Source: an uncultured Pseudomonadota bacterium (GTDB lineage: Bacteria; Oederibacteriota; Muellerivitia; Muellerivitales; Muellerivitaceae). From it: 64,000 nt of DNA. The position numbers and the translations under genes are program-made. Each line of letters opens with the position of its first letter. Within the stretch, counting starts at the first letter, position 1. The notes beneath the pieces were generated by a model, which had not been told where the DNA came from, did no database searches, and saw nothing but the letters and a program-made list of their open reading frames with translations. The stretch is from positions 1,600,001-1,664,000 of the forward strand of contig CAWIIP010000002.1 of NCBI GenBank assembly GCA_963836235.1. The letters run 5' to 3'. This document shows, one piece after another, positions 1 to 10,629 of this stretch.

Positions 1-133
1 AGCCTTCGAATTAAGGCATTTCAATACACCGCCCTTGTTCGTTGATTAGACCTATTCTCTCCGATAAGATAGTTTTCCTTTTATTGAAGTTGGCATACGC
101 CCTTGTTTTCCCAAGGCGGTGAAGGCGAACGGC

Positions 134-3100
134 ATGGAACTTCCTTTTGACCAAAAAATTTTCATTTCCTTTTTCAATCTTTCATCGGAATTGATGGCGG
201 TTCTGACGGAAGACGGCCGTTTTTTGGAAGCCAGCCCCGCCTGGGAAAAACGCGTCGGATTCCGCCCGGCCGAACTGGTTTCAGTTCCTTTCTTTGACTT
301 AATCCATCCTGAGGACCTGTCGAAAACCCAGCTTGAAATCCAAAAACTTTTTACGAATTTGCGACCTCTCATCTTTGAGAACCGGTTGCGCCGAAAGGAC
401 CAAGCTATCCTTTGGATCCGATGGACCTGCCTTTTTTCCCGGGAGGAGGGGCATTTTTATTTAACCGGACAAGACATCAACGAACTCAAGGAAGCCGAGA
501 AAGCCTTGGAAGAAAACCGGGCCAAATTTAAGCGCTTGGCCGAATCCACCACCGAGGGAATCGCCATCCATGAAAAGGCCATTATTTTGGAGGCGAACCC
601 GGCACTGGCCCGGATATTGGGCTACGAAAAACCTGAAGAATTGATTGGATTGAGCGGTTTGGATTTTGCCGCTCCCGAATACCACCAACTCATCTTAAAT
701 AACATCCTTTCGGGGTCGGAGGAGCCTTATGAGGTAATCGGCATTCGAAAAGATGGGACAAGGTTCAACTGCCTGCTTTCGGGCAAACCGATCCAATACC
801 AGGGCCGTTCCGTGCGGGTTTCCACTTTTTTGGACATCACCAAAATGAAAAAAAGAGAGCAAGAGCTTTTCGAAAGCCAGGAGCTGTTCCGGAAACTGGC
901 CGAGGCCTCGAAAGACGGCATCGCCGTCAGCGAAAGGGGAGTGGTCCTCATAGCCAATCCCGCCCTGGCCCAGATGTTCGAGCGCGAGGTCTCCGAAATG
1001 GTCGGCCACAATGCCCTGGAATTCACGGCTCCCGACTTCCGGGATACGCTTTTAAAAAAGGTCCTGGAGGAGGTTGAAACCACCTATGAAGTGATGGGTT
1101 TGCGGAAGAATGGAACCCGTTTTCCCGTGGAAATCACCCCGCGCATGACAACTTATCAGGGCCGGAGGGTCCGGTTGGCCTTTTTCCGGGATATCACCCA
1201 GCGCAAGAAAATCGAAGATGAGATCCTTCGCCAGAAGGATTTCTCCCAGAACATGATCAACAGCAGTACCGATGGGCTCTTAGCCTTCGACCCGGAATGC
1301 TGCTATACCCTTTGGAATCCCGCGATGGAACGTATCAGCGGCCACTCTAGGGAAGAGGTGCTGGGACAGTGCGCTTTCGATGTTTTCCCCTTCCTGAAGC
1401 AGATCGGGGAAGACGCGCATTTCTACGGTGCCTTGGAAGGAAAGACTTCCTTCGCTCAGGAGAGGCCTTACCGCACCCCGGCCGGAAAACAGGGGTTTTT
1501 CGAGGCCCATTATATGCCCATTAAAAATGCCCAGGGTCAAATACTGGGAGGGTTGGGCGTCATCCGGGACATCACGGAACGGAAAAAAATCCAAGAAGCC
1601 CTGCGGCAATCCGAACTGAACCTGAAGGCGGTTTTCCAGAACACTTTTCAAAATATCGTTCTCATGGACCGGGAGGGCCGGATTCGGGATTTTAATACCA
1701 ACGCCGCCGCGGATATCAAAGAAAATACGGGAAAAGATTTGGAAATTGGGAGATTCCTTTTCGATTACGTCCATCCTGAAAACGCCGATCTTTTGAAAAG
1801 AAATCTTTCCAAGGCCCTTCAGGGAGAGGCCGTACATTTGGAACGGACCTATCGGATGGGCGATGGCGAATCCCATTGGTATGAGCTTAACTATCATCCG
1901 GTCTTTGGTAGCGAGGGTGAAATCGATGGAATTTGCATGACCTCCCTCAATATTGATGACCGAAAAAAATCGGAAGAAACCGTCCAAAAATCGGAAGCCG
2001 ACCTAAGGGCCATCTTCAACAGCAGCCACCAAATGATTATCCTGGCGGGACGTAATGGAAAAATCCGGGACTTCAATCAAAACGCCAAACGAGTATTAAA
2101 GGGACTCATGGGGCTGAATTTGGAACTGGGACGCCCCTTGTCGGACTACGTCGAACCAGTCTTTGTAAAACCTTTCCAGGAAAGACTCAAAAGAGTTCTT
2201 AACGGCGAGAACGTACTCTTGGAAAGGACCGTTCGGAGCCAGGATGGCCAGGATGTTTGGTATGAATTCGCTTATAACCCGGTTTTTGACCGGCAGGGAA
2301 AAGTTACGGGAGCTTGCCTGGTCATTGCTTCCATCGATGATCGAAAAAGAACCGAGGAATCCTTAAAAGAAAGCGAGGAAAAATTCAGGAGAATTTTCGA
2401 GAAGGCTTCCATCGGAATGACCCTTGTCGACAAAAATTTCCACTTCGCCCATGTCAACCGCGTCTTTTGCGATTTCCTTGGTTACGCTTCGAAGGAGCTA
2501 ATTGGGAGAACCTTTGAGGAATTCACCCATCCAGATGATCTTTCCCAGAAAGCGGCTCTCTCGAACGAGGTTAAAAATGGCAAGGGCTTCCAACGACAAA
2601 AACGCTATCTCCACAAGGACGGAAGCGTCTTGTGGGCCAACCTGACGGTTACCAGTTTCCTGGATGAGAAGGGGCAATTGCTCTACAGCCTTGGGATGGT
2701 GGAAGACATCACCCAAAGGAAACTGGCCGAAGAAACTTCCCGCCAAAGCGAGGAAAAGTTCCGCCGGATTTTCGAAGATGCTTCGATGGCAATGGCGATG
2801 GTCTTGGATTATAAGTTCATCAAAGTCAACCGGGCCTTCCAGGAACTCTTGGGATACACGGAAGAGGAAATAACCGGAAAAACCCTTTTTGAGATCACTC
2901 ATCCGGATGACTTAAACCAAACCCGGGAAATCGCGACCAAAGTCCATGATCAAGAGAAAGACAGTTTTCAAGTCGAAAAAAGGTACCTCCGGAAAAATGG
3001 CCAAAATATTTGGGCCAATGTTTCGGGTACCGTTATTCGGGACAGTGCGGGTAAAAAATTATATTCCCTCATCATGGTTCAAAATATCACGGAGCGTAAA

Positions 3101-4915
3101 CAAGCACAGGAAGACCTGCGAAAGTCCGAGGAAGAGTTAAGGGCCTTCTTCAACAGCGGCTCCCAGGTGACCGTCCTGATCCGCCCGGACGGGATGATCC
3201 AAGGGTTCAACAAGACCGCCCAGCTTATGGCCTCCCGCGTCCTAGGCCGGGGGATTGAAAAGGAAATGCTTTTCGCCCAAACCCTTCCTCCGGGCGCCAG
3301 CCAGGAGATGTTCCAAATGAGCTTCAAAGCAGCCCTGGAAGGACGGGAGACCAAGGGTGAAAGGTCCATCCAATCGGCCGAGGGCCATCAGCGCTGGGTG
3401 GAGGTGAAATACCAGCCGGTTTTCAACGAAAAGGGCGGGGTGGACGGCGTTTGTTTCTCGCTTACCTTCATCGACGAGCGCAAGAAAACGGAAACGGCCC
3501 TCAAGGAAAGCCAGGAGCGTTTTGAAAGGTTGGTCCAAGTCACCCGGGAAGGGGTCTTGATCCATGAAAATGCCAAGGTCGTCGACGCCAATCCGGCGTT
3601 GGCCCAAATGCTGGGGTATACGCGGGAAGAAATGCTGAAAAAAACCGGGTTCGACCTGCTTGCCCCCGAAAGCCATGAATTGGCGCGGCTCCATATGCTG
3701 GAAGGATCCTCCGAGGCTTACGAGGTTTTGGCCCTCCGTAAGGATGGGAGTGTTTTTCCCATTGAGTTGCAGGGACGGAACTTCCAATACAAAGAAAAGG
3801 AACTAAGGGTTTTAAGCGTCCGGGACCTGACCTGGCGAAAGGAAACCGAGCGTATTTTGCGTGAAAGCGAGGAAGGATACCGGGGCCTGGTAGAGTCCTC
3901 GCCCGAGGCGATCATGGTTCATGACGGGGAAAGAATACTTTACATGAATCCCGCCGGCGTGGGGATGTTCGGGGCCCAAAACCAGGACGAGGTTGTAGGG
4001 AAAAGCATCTGGGAATTGGTCGATCCCGAATACCGGGAAGTGGCCCGCAAAAGGGTCGAGTCCATCCTCAGGGACCGCCGTCCAACCCCCCCCATGGAAC
4101 AAAAATGGAAAAGTTTTGACGGCCAGCCAGTCGACGTGGAAATCAAGGACATCCCTTTCACCTTTCGGGGCCGTCCCGCCATCATGGCGATTCTACGCAA
4201 TATCACGGAAAGCAAAAAAAACCACCAGACCCTTCTGCGCTATGAAAGGCTGGCGGCAGTGGGCAAGGTCATCGCGGCCATCGCCCACGACGTCCGCAAT
4301 CCCCTGGCGGTGCTTTCGGGCATGAGCCAAATCCTCACGGCCAAGTTGGAAGCCCGGAAGGAATATTCCCAGGAACTGAAAACCATCCTGGCCCAGGCCG
4401 ACCGCCTCAAGTATTTCATGAACGATATTTTGGATTATTCCCGGGAGATGGAAATCCGGAAATCCGAGATTGATTCGAGGAACGCCCTGGAAGAATCCTT
4501 AGTGGTAGCCCAATCCCAAGTGGGGCCCAAACAGGGAACCATCCAGGTGGAGTGGAGATGCGCTGAAAACCTGCCCCGCCTTTTCGCCGATGGCGAAAGG
4601 TTGGAACAGGTGATGGTGAACCTGATGGTGAACGCTTATCAAGCGGTGGATGAAAAAGGGCACATCCGTATCTCAGCCGAAGCGAAAGACGGAATAATGT
4701 TCTTGGGAGTTGAGGACGACGGGCCCGGCATTAACGAGACCGATCGGCCCCGGCTTTTTGAGCCTTTTTTCACCACAAAAAAACAAGGATCGGGGCTCGG
4801 GCTTTCCATCAGCCAAAAGATCGCTGAGGCCCATGGGGGAAAGATTGAGGTTGAACGCGTGAAGCCTCATGGGACGAAGTTCATTGTGGAGCTGCCCCTG
4901 GGGAAAGAAGACTAA
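134..4915 (+). CDS. Soluble multi-PAS sensor histidine kinase (about 11 PAS/PAC domains + HisKA + HATPase_c)
   Basis: Repeated PAS units ending in DIT/NIT-ERK linkers. H-box AIAHDVRNPL, N-box LEQVMVNLMVNAYQA, G1 DDGPGI, F-box FEPFFTTK, G2 GSGLGL. No TM segment or receiver domain. ATG 134 preferred over GTG 119. Confidence 0.93.
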   Translation: MELPFDQKIFISFFNLSSELMAVLTEDGRFLEASPAWEKRVGFRPAELVSVPFFDLIHPEDLSKTQLEIQKLFTNLRPLIFENRLRRKDQAILWIRWTCLFSREEGHFYLTGQDINELKEAEKALEENRAKFKRLAESTTEGIAIHEKAIILEANPALARILGYEKPEELIGLSGLDFAAPEYHQLILNNILSGSEEPYEVIGIRKDGTRFNCLLSGKPIQYQGRSVRVSTFLDITKMKKREQELFESQELFRKLAEASKDGIAVSERGVVLIANPALAQMFEREVSEMVGHNALEFTAPDFRDTLLKKVLEEVETTYEVMGLRKNGTRFPVEITPRMTTYQGRRVRLAFFRDITQRKKIEDEILRQKDFSQNMINSSTDGLLAFDPECCYTLWNPAMERISGHSREEVLGQCAFDVFPFLKQIGEDAHFYGALEGKTSFAQERPYRTPAGKQGFFEAHYMPIKNAQGQILGGLGVIRDITERKKIQEALRQSELNLKAVFQNTFQNIVLMDREGRIRDFNTNAAADIKENTGKDLEIGRFLFDYVHPENADLLKRNLSKALQGEAVHLERTYRMGDGESHWYELNYHPVFGSEGEIDGICMTSLNIDDRKKSEETVQKSEADLRAIFNSSHQMIILAGRNGKIRDFNQNAKRVLKGLMGLNLELGRPLSDYVEPVFVKPFQERLKRVLNGENVLLERTVRSQDGQDVWYEFAYNPVFDRQGKVTGACLVIASIDDRKRTEESLKESEEKFRRIFEKASIGMTLVDKNFHFAHVNRVFCDFLGYASKELIGRTFEEFTHPDDLSQKAALSNEVKNGKGFQRQKRYLHKDGSVLWANLTVTSFLDEKGQLLYSLGMVEDITQRKLAEETSRQSEEKFRRIFEDASMAMAMVLDYKFIKVNRAFQELLGYTEEEITGKTLFEITHPDDLNQTREIATKVHDQEKDSFQVEKRYLRKNGQNIWANVSGTVIRDSAGKKLYSLIMVQNITERKQAQEDLRKSEEELRAFFNSGSQVTVLIRPDGMIQGFNKTAQLMASRVLGRGIEKEMLFAQTLPPGASQEMFQMSFKAALEGRETKGERSIQSAEGHQRWVEVKYQPVFNEKGGVDGVCFSLTFIDERKKTETALKESQERFERLVQVTREGVLIHENAKVVDANPALAQMLGYTREEMLKKTGFDLLAPESHELARLHMLEGSSEAYEVLALRKDGSVFPIELQGRNFQYKEKELRVLSVRDLTWRKETERILRESEEGYRGLVESSPEAIMVHDGERILYMNPAGVGMFGAQNQDEVVGKSIWELVDPEYREVARKRVESILRDRRPTPPMEQKWKSFDGQPVDVEIKDIPFTFRGRPAIMAILRNITESKKNHQTLLRYERLAAVGKVIAAIAHDVRNPLAVLSGMSQILTAKLEARKEYSQELKTILAQADRLKYFMNDILDYSREMEIRKSEIDSRNALEESLVVAQSQVGPKQGTIQVEWRCAENLPRLFADGERLEQVMVNLMVNAYQAVDEKGHIRISAEAKDGIMFLGVEDDGPGINETDRPRLFEPFFTTKKQGSGLGLSISQKIAEAHGGKIEVERVKPHGTKFIVELPLGKED

Positions 4916-5022
4916 ACTCCGCCTCGCACCGATCCATCGCAGGGTTTAAAAATGGAAAATGGCGCCCGTGCCTTTTTCTATAGTGTTGCGATCTCCAGAA
5001 AACCACTTCAAAGGCATATCGA

Positions 5023-7143
5023 TTGAATTCCTTCCCTCCAACTCCCGGCCTTTCCCCCAAAAGTTTCCGGCTTCTTTTCTTGATATTCGCCATCTCCAAC
5101 ACCCTCTTGGCCTATGCCGCCATCCCTATTCTTTGGCAATGGGCTATCGGAATTTTGGGGCTGGCCATTCCTTGGGGCTTGGGGTTATTTTTTTATCAAA
5201 AGCCTGAAAAAGACTCAAAAACTCTTTTTTTGGAGGATTGGATTCCGCCGCCGCCTTTTTGGCTCTTGGCGATTCTTTTTTTGGGCGCGGCGTTTCTGCG
5301 GTTCACCCAACTCACCACCCTTTCCTTATGGCCGCTGACGGACGAGGCCAAAAGCGCCTATTACTCCATGCAATTGGCCGCTCATGGCTCTTTCCAAATG
5401 CTCTACGACTTCAGCCAGTTGCCGCCGTTTTATATTTGGCTCCAAGGGTTATTTTTTAAGCTTTCCGGAGTTTCCTTATTTTCTCTTTGGTGTTTTCCGG
5501 CTTTTCTTTCCCTGTTGACCGTAGCGGCGGCTTATTTCGCGGCCAGGGTAAATTTCAATAAAACGTTTGCGCTGATTTTTTCGGGGCTGATGGCTTTCAG
5601 TTTTTGGCCTCTCTATGCCGGACGTTTTTCGCACCAGGGTTCGCTGCTTCTTTTGTGGGAATTTCTCGTTTTGGGGATGGCAGGCAGGCTTGCCTCGGCG
5701 GCGGCTTCGGGTGGACAAACGAATTATGGATGGGGTTTGGGCCTCCTGACGGGGCTGGGTTTTTACACCTTCACTTCCTGGCCGACGGTGGCATTGGTCT
5801 TGGCGCTTTGGATCTTTCTTTTCCGCCGGAAGGTGATCTTCCCTTTTTTCGGGGGGGTGATTTTGGCCTACCTTCCCCTTGGTTGGTCCTGGTTCCATCA
5901 GGATTACGGGGGTTATATTAAGCACTTGTGGGTTTTGGATCCAGCCCGTCCTTGGCTTCCACAGACGCTTCAAAGCCTTTCGGATTTTTCGGCCCTATTC
6001 TGGAAATCAACCATTCCCCTAAATCTTTTTGCCTATAAACCCTTTTGGGGCGGTTACTTAAACCCCCTTTTGGGAGCTTTGTTTTTCCTGGGGTCACTCG
6101 TTTTTTTCCGGACGGAGTCTAAACTTAAGTCCCTCTTGGTTATTTCGGCCTTTTTGATTTTTTATGCGCCGGGGTTTCTCTCGGGCGGGGTGGAAATGTT
6201 CCGTATTCTTCCCCTGCTTCCGTTATTATTGGCTGGAGTGGCTTGGGGACTTTTAATCTTTCTGGAATCCTTAAAACTTCACTTCAAATGGATGGCCCTA
6301 GCATTAATCCTTACCCTTTCCTTGGGGTTGGATACTATCCACCTTTTTGGGGTTTACCACGGGGTTTGGACCCATCCCAAGGATAATTGGTTTGCCAGCA
6401 AGTCTTTAGAAAGATTGAGAGCTTTTCAAATTTTGGAGGAGTTGAGGCAACAAGATGGGCCGGGTTTCATCCTTTCCGAACTGGTCCCCGATCTTTACGA
6501 CCAAAGCCTCTCCGTTGCCGCTTACGAGTTTAATGTGGGACAAAACCCGGGATTGAACGCCAGCCAAGCCCAATGGGCCGCGCTACTCATCAATATCCAT
6601 TACCAGCCTTATCTGGCGGGAATTTTCCCGGAAGGGAAGTGGTACCGGCTGGCACCGGATGTGGACCGCCCCGACGGTGGACTGATGTTGGCGGTTTTCC
6701 CTTTACCATCCAACCATTCGGTAACCCTCAACCACTGGATCGGAGCCGACAGGGCTTGCCATGATTTGATACCCTTGGTCTTCGATTGTCGGGATTACAA
6801 GTCTAGGCGGCCCATTCTTGAAAAGCTTTATTCGCTTTATCCCTTGTTCAGGGGGGACCGATTTTTGGAATCTTGTTTTTGGGAGAAGATCGCTGAAAAT
6901 GAATATGGCGACCGAAATTACGAGAATCAAATAGACGCTTTAAAACAAGCCATTGGCAAAGGCTATCCCACCGCCCATCTTTTCAATAATTTAGGGGCTC
7001 TCTTCCTCAGGCGCAGCCGGTTACCGGAGGCTCGCGAGGCGTTTGAGCGGGCCTTGAAGTGTAATCCCAATTACACTTCGGCGGCGGTGGGACTTGTGTT
7101 TTTGGAAGAAGCCGAGAAAACGGGAAAGCTTCCTAGAGATTGA
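5023..7143 (+). CDS. GT-C fold glycosyltransferase (ArnT/PMT, GT39-like) with C-terminal TPR
   Basis: Multi-TM protein with 'LRF...W..DEA' first loop and 'QLPPFY' motif. C-terminal TPR (LFNNLGALFLRR...AREAFERALKCNPN). Confidence 0.75.
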   Translation: MNSFPPTPGLSPKSFRLLFLIFAISNTLLAYAAIPILWQWAIGILGLAIPWGLGLFFYQKPEKDSKTLFLEDWIPPPPFWLLAILFLGAAFLRFTQLTTLSLWPLTDEAKSAYYSMQLAAHGSFQMLYDFSQLPPFYIWLQGLFFKLSGVSLFSLWCFPAFLSLLTVAAAYFAARVNFNKTFALIFSGLMAFSFWPLYAGRFSHQGSLLLLWEFLVLGMAGRLASAAASGGQTNYGWGLGLLTGLGFYTFTSWPTVALVLALWIFLFRRKVIFPFFGGVILAYLPLGWSWFHQDYGGYIKHLWVLDPARPWLPQTLQSLSDFSALFWKSTIPLNLFAYKPFWGGYLNPLLGALFFLGSLVFFRTESKLKSLLVISAFLIFYAPGFLSGGVEMFRILPLLPLLLAGVAWGLLIFLESLKLHFKWMALALILTLSLGLDTIHLFGVYHGVWTHPKDNWFASKSLERLRAFQILEELRQQDGPGFILSELVPDLYDQSLSVAAYEFNVGQNPGLNASQAQWAALLINIHYQPYLAGIFPEGKWYRLAPDVDRPDGGLMLAVFPLPSNHSVTLNHWIGADRACHDLIPLVFDCRDYKSRRPILEKLYSLYPLFRGDRFLESCFWEKIAENEYGDRNYENQIDALKQAIGKGYPTAHLFNNLGALFLRRSRLPEAREAFERALKCNPNYTSAAVGLVFLEEAEKTGKLPRD

Positions 7144-7276
7144 AAAAAACGTGGCTAGTTGCAAGGCGCGGTTTATCAATGGATAATCGTCAGATTGTTT
7201 TTAACATGTTGTTGAACCCATCACTCAGGGTTCTTATTTTGTTAACGAACCGCTAAAATTCTGTTTAGGAGATTTC

Positions 7277-8731
7277 TTGAGCGTACCATCCTTTCAACGA
7301 CCGGCTGAGGTTCCGCCTGAATTCGCCTTTGTTTCCCTTCCCAAAGCCCTGGCTCAATTCCACCATTTGCCCCTGCATGTACCGATTTGGATCCATCGGC
7401 AGGAAGAAATCGAAAAAAATGGATATGATTTCGAGGAAGGAGTCCGGGTGATGGGGGCGCTTCTTCAAGAAGCGCCTGGAATTCCAGGAGCCTATCTTTA
7501 CCAATTGTTCGTGAAGAAATGGCCGAAGCTGGCCATGATTAATCCCTATTTCGGTTCGGGCCGGGTGGCGGAGGCGATTCCTAAGCTTGTGGAGATTCTC
7601 GATATAGACCCCGAGTGTCCCTTGGCCTCTTTTCAATTGGGATATTGTTTTCGGGCGACCGGTGAATTGGAAAAATCCGAATCGTTCTACAAAAAGGCCC
7701 TGCGGATGGCTCCGGAGGCGGGATGGATTTATAGCAACCTGGGCCGCACCTATCTGGCCATGGGAAATAAGGAAAAGGCCGCCGAAGTTTATTGGAAGGC
7801 CATCGAGCTTCTACCGGGCGACCACTTTGTATTGGAACAATTGATCGGTTTAGGTGAAATTTTCATGCTGTCCCCGCCAGAAGAGAAGGCCGATGCTCCG
7901 CCATCCTTTGTCCGCCGGTCGGACTATGAAAAGAAAATGAGAGAAGCAGTTGAAAAGGAAAAAAATCCGGCGAATCTCATAAAGTTTGGCTGGAAACTTC
8001 TTCATGACCGACTAAACGATCTCGCGTGCCAATGTTTTGAAAAGGCTAAAACAGCTGGATCTTCGGAAAGCCCGTCGGATATTCTTCTGGGACTGGGGAC
8101 CGCTCATTTGGAAGCGGGTCGTTTCAAGGAAGCCGAAGGGTTTCTCCAGGGATATTTGGATTCACACCCCGACTCGGCCACAGCCCACTTGAATCTTTTC
8201 AAGGTTTATTTGGCCTTGGAGGAACGGGAACTGGCCTTGGAGGAAATTCAAACCGCGGTCCAGCTGGACCCAGAACGATTGGAAGCCTTAAAACAACTTT
8301 ATTTTATGTACCTCCAAACCGACCGGAAAGAGGAAGGTTTGGAATGGCTGGACCAATTGGCTTTGGAACATCCTTCCAGTTACGCCCCGCTATTGGTGAA
8401 GGCTTGGGCCCTTACCGATGACCAAAAATGGAGTGAGGCAAGAGAAATCCTCCAAGAAGCCTTGAAACGGTCGCCCCATAACGAGGAAATCCTTCTTTTT
8501 CTAACTTCCGAGTTGGGAAAGAGGGGCCAAAGGAAAGAGATCATACAAACGCTTCAAGCCGAATCCACTCCCCTGCCGCTTTCCTTGACCATCAATTTAG
8601 CTTTGGCTTTCAGCCAGGACGGCCGATTGGACGAGGGAAAAAAGGTTTTGAAATCATTTTTAGAAAGATCTCAGATGGATCCTTTAGATCGGAACCGGGC
8701 AAAAACGATCCTCGAGGAATTTGAGAAGTAA
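7277..8731 (+). CDS. Tetratricopeptide repeat protein
   Basis: Multiple TPR motifs (FQLGYCF..GELEKS..FYKKALRMAP; YSNLGRTYLAMG; AHLNLFKVY). TTG start preceded by AGGAG. Confidence 0.8.
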   Translation: MSVPSFQRPAEVPPEFAFVSLPKALAQFHHLPLHVPIWIHRQEEIEKNGYDFEEGVRVMGALLQEAPGIPGAYLYQLFVKKWPKLAMINPYFGSGRVAEAIPKLVEILDIDPECPLASFQLGYCFRATGELEKSESFYKKALRMAPEAGWIYSNLGRTYLAMGNKEKAAEVYWKAIELLPGDHFVLEQLIGLGEIFMLSPPEEKADAPPSFVRRSDYEKKMREAVEKEKNPANLIKFGWKLLHDRLNDLACQCFEKAKTAGSSESPSDILLGLGTAHLEAGRFKEAEGFLQGYLDSHPDSATAHLNLFKVYLALEERELALEEIQTAVQLDPERLEALKQLYFMYLQTDRKEEGLEWLDQLALEHPSSYAPLLVKAWALTDDQKWSEAREILQEALKRSPHNEEILLFLTSELGKRGQRKEIIQTLQAESTPLPLSLTINLALAFSQDGRLDEGKKVLKSFLERSQMDPLDRNRAKTILEEFEK

Positions 8732-8737
8732 CCCGAC

Positions 8738-9271
8738 TTAATCATCCAACGAGAGCACCTGGATGGAAGGAGAGGGTTTTTCCTTGGACTTCTTTTGAAG
8801 CATTGGATTGATCACGAAGCCTTCCCCGCTATAAAGCTTTTGAATTCTCGCCAGTTCGGTTTTTTGGGTTTCAGATAAGAAACCGCAATTGTTCAAATGG
8901 TCCGCCACAAGACAAAATCCGGTCCCTTGGCGTTTCCAAAACTCCAGTAAATTTTCAAGGATAACAACGGGGACTTCCATGTTCCTGATTTTTTCTTCCT
9001 CCACGGGGTGGAGACCGTCGTGATAAACGAAGAAATAATTCGGGTCAAACTTGTATTTGATCTTACGCGCCGTGTCCATGAAAAAAACTCCAGCGTCGGA
9101 AACCACCAGTTCGATAAAACGGTCGTTATTGGTTTGCTGGCGGAACGCAAGGAAACGAACGGGATCCACCGCGATTCCGGCAAAACCCAGGTTGCGGTAT
9201 TCGTCGTAAATTTTTTTGTTCATCTGACCGAGCGCATCGACTTGCTCCGGAGTCATATGATCGAGAGCCAT
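8738..9271 (-). CDS. Hypothetical protein (177 aa)
   Basis: Fills the gap between neighbours, with a natural protein-like composition. No family recognised. Confidence 0.65.
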   Translation of the reverse strand: MALDHMTPEQVDALGQMNKKIYDEYRNLGFAGIAVDPVRFLAFRQQTNNDRFIELVVSDAGVFFMDTARKIKYKFDPNYFFVYHDGLHPVEEEKIRNMEVPVVILENLLEFWKRQGTGFCLVADHLNNCGFLSETQKTELARIQKLYSGEGFVINPMLQKKSKEKPSPSIQVLSLDD

Positions 9272-9442
9272 AAGAACAACCTTCGTCAGTGTTGAATGGT
9301 ATTGAGCGTCGTTTTTTCAAAAGCAACGTTCTTCAAATATTTTATCACGGTGAGTTAAGGAAAAAATCGGTTTGAATGGCGAAAATCATCAGATTTACAA
9401 GCTTCACGGTCAACCGGAGAGCGAAACCGGCTTGGGAAACCG

Positions 9443-10003
9443 CTATTGATCGTTCAAACGGCCCAAAGCCGCGTAGGATCGTGGTGAAAACAAAACAATC
9501 AGCCCCATGGAAAAAAATTCCAGGTCCCGAATAACCGACCACCAAGTTGCCTTTTCCGTCGGGTCGGTCAACCCACAGCCGCAATTAATATCCACGTCCC
9601 GAATTAAATCAAAACTAATCGCTAAAGTGTAAAGCGCCATTAAACCACAAAAAAGCAAAGCCGCCCCGCGGTAACGAAAGCCGAATACTAGACAGAGCCC
9701 AGCGAAAAATTCCAGCCAAGGGATAATCACCGAAGTCAGGGGAACCAGATGGGGAGAAAGAATTTGATAATTGGTTATCATTTGAGCGAAAGTCGACGGG
9801 CTTCCTAATTTATCGCCGCTGGCAAAAATAAGGATAAAACCGCAAAGGGCGCGCAAAAAAGTAGCCGTGGCGGCTTCCTGGCTCGAGCCGTTTTCCTCCC
9901 GGGTTGACCGGCTTAATCCATATTTAATAGCCGCCCAAAAGGCCAAAGATAAGAAGCCCAAAAGAGAAAGAACGGGGTCGGTCAAATGAGCCTGAATGTT
10001 CAT
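9443..10003 (-). CDS. MauE/DoxX family membrane protein
   Basis: 'FIFAS..KL..P..FA..I.NYQIL', 'IPWLE', 'DINCGCG' and 'VIRDL' motifs. Confidence 0.88.
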   Translation of the reverse strand: MNIQAHLTDPVLSLLGFLSLAFWAAIKYGLSRSTREENGSSQEAATATFLRALCGFILIFASGDKLGSPSTFAQMITNYQILSPHLVPLTSVIIPWLEFFAGLCLVFGFRYRGAALLFCGLMALYTLAISFDLIRDVDINCGCGLTDPTEKATWWSVIRDLEFFSMGLIVLFSPRSYAALGRLNDQ

Positions 10004-10629
10004 GGATTTTCACCAAAAGTCAGGGGATAACCGGCTTTTTTCCATTCGGGCCAGCCACCCACAAAAATCTCTACGTGCTTATAGCCCGTCTCCACCAGGG
10101 ACTTGGCTACCAAAAGTGAAAGATCGCAATCCCCCCCGTGGCAATAGGCGATAATTTCTTTATTCTTGTCCGGAATTTGAGGGATGACACTCGGAGCGAA
10201 TTGATCCAGTTCATTGCCATAGAAATTCAAGGCCCCTGATATATGGCCATCCCCGTACTCTTCGGGTTTTCGGGCATCCAGGAAGACGCAATTTTTTTTA
10301 TCGAAACGATCCTTGGCTCCCGCGAGACTGAGGCGGATGATATTGTCCGAAGCGGCAGGGATGGGCGTGGGAGTTACCCGAAGTGTTTCTTGTGGAACGT
10401 TTGAATCAAAGCCGGAAATGGAAATGGGTGCGGAAGGATGAAATCCGGTTTTAGGGATCGGTTTAAATTTAAGCTCAATGCCATCGGCGTAAAAAGCGTT
10501 GAAAAGGACCCCGGAAATTGCAGAGAAAATAAAAATTCCCCAAGCTTGACGGATAACTTGCCGGAAAAAAAGAAGGGATGGGATTTTTAAGATCGTTTTT
10601 GAATCGGCGGAATAACGAGATAGTTTCAT
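10000..10629 (-). CDS. Membrane-anchored rhodanese-like domain protein
   Basis: FLDARKPEEYGDGHISGA, YCHGGDCDLS and GGWPEWKKAGYP motifs, plus an N-terminal TM. Overlaps the mauE-like gene by 4 nt. Confidence 0.9.
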   Translation of the reverse strand: MKLSRYSADSKTILKIPSLLFFRQVIRQAWGIFIFSAISGVLFNAFYADGIELKFKPIPKTGFHPSAPISISGFDSNVPQETLRVTPTPIPAASDNIIRLSLAGAKDRFDKKNCVFLDARKPEEYGDGHISGALNFYGNELDQFAPSVIPQIPDKNKEIIAYCHGGDCDLSLLVAKSLVETGYKHVEIFVGGWPEWKKAGYPLTFGENP

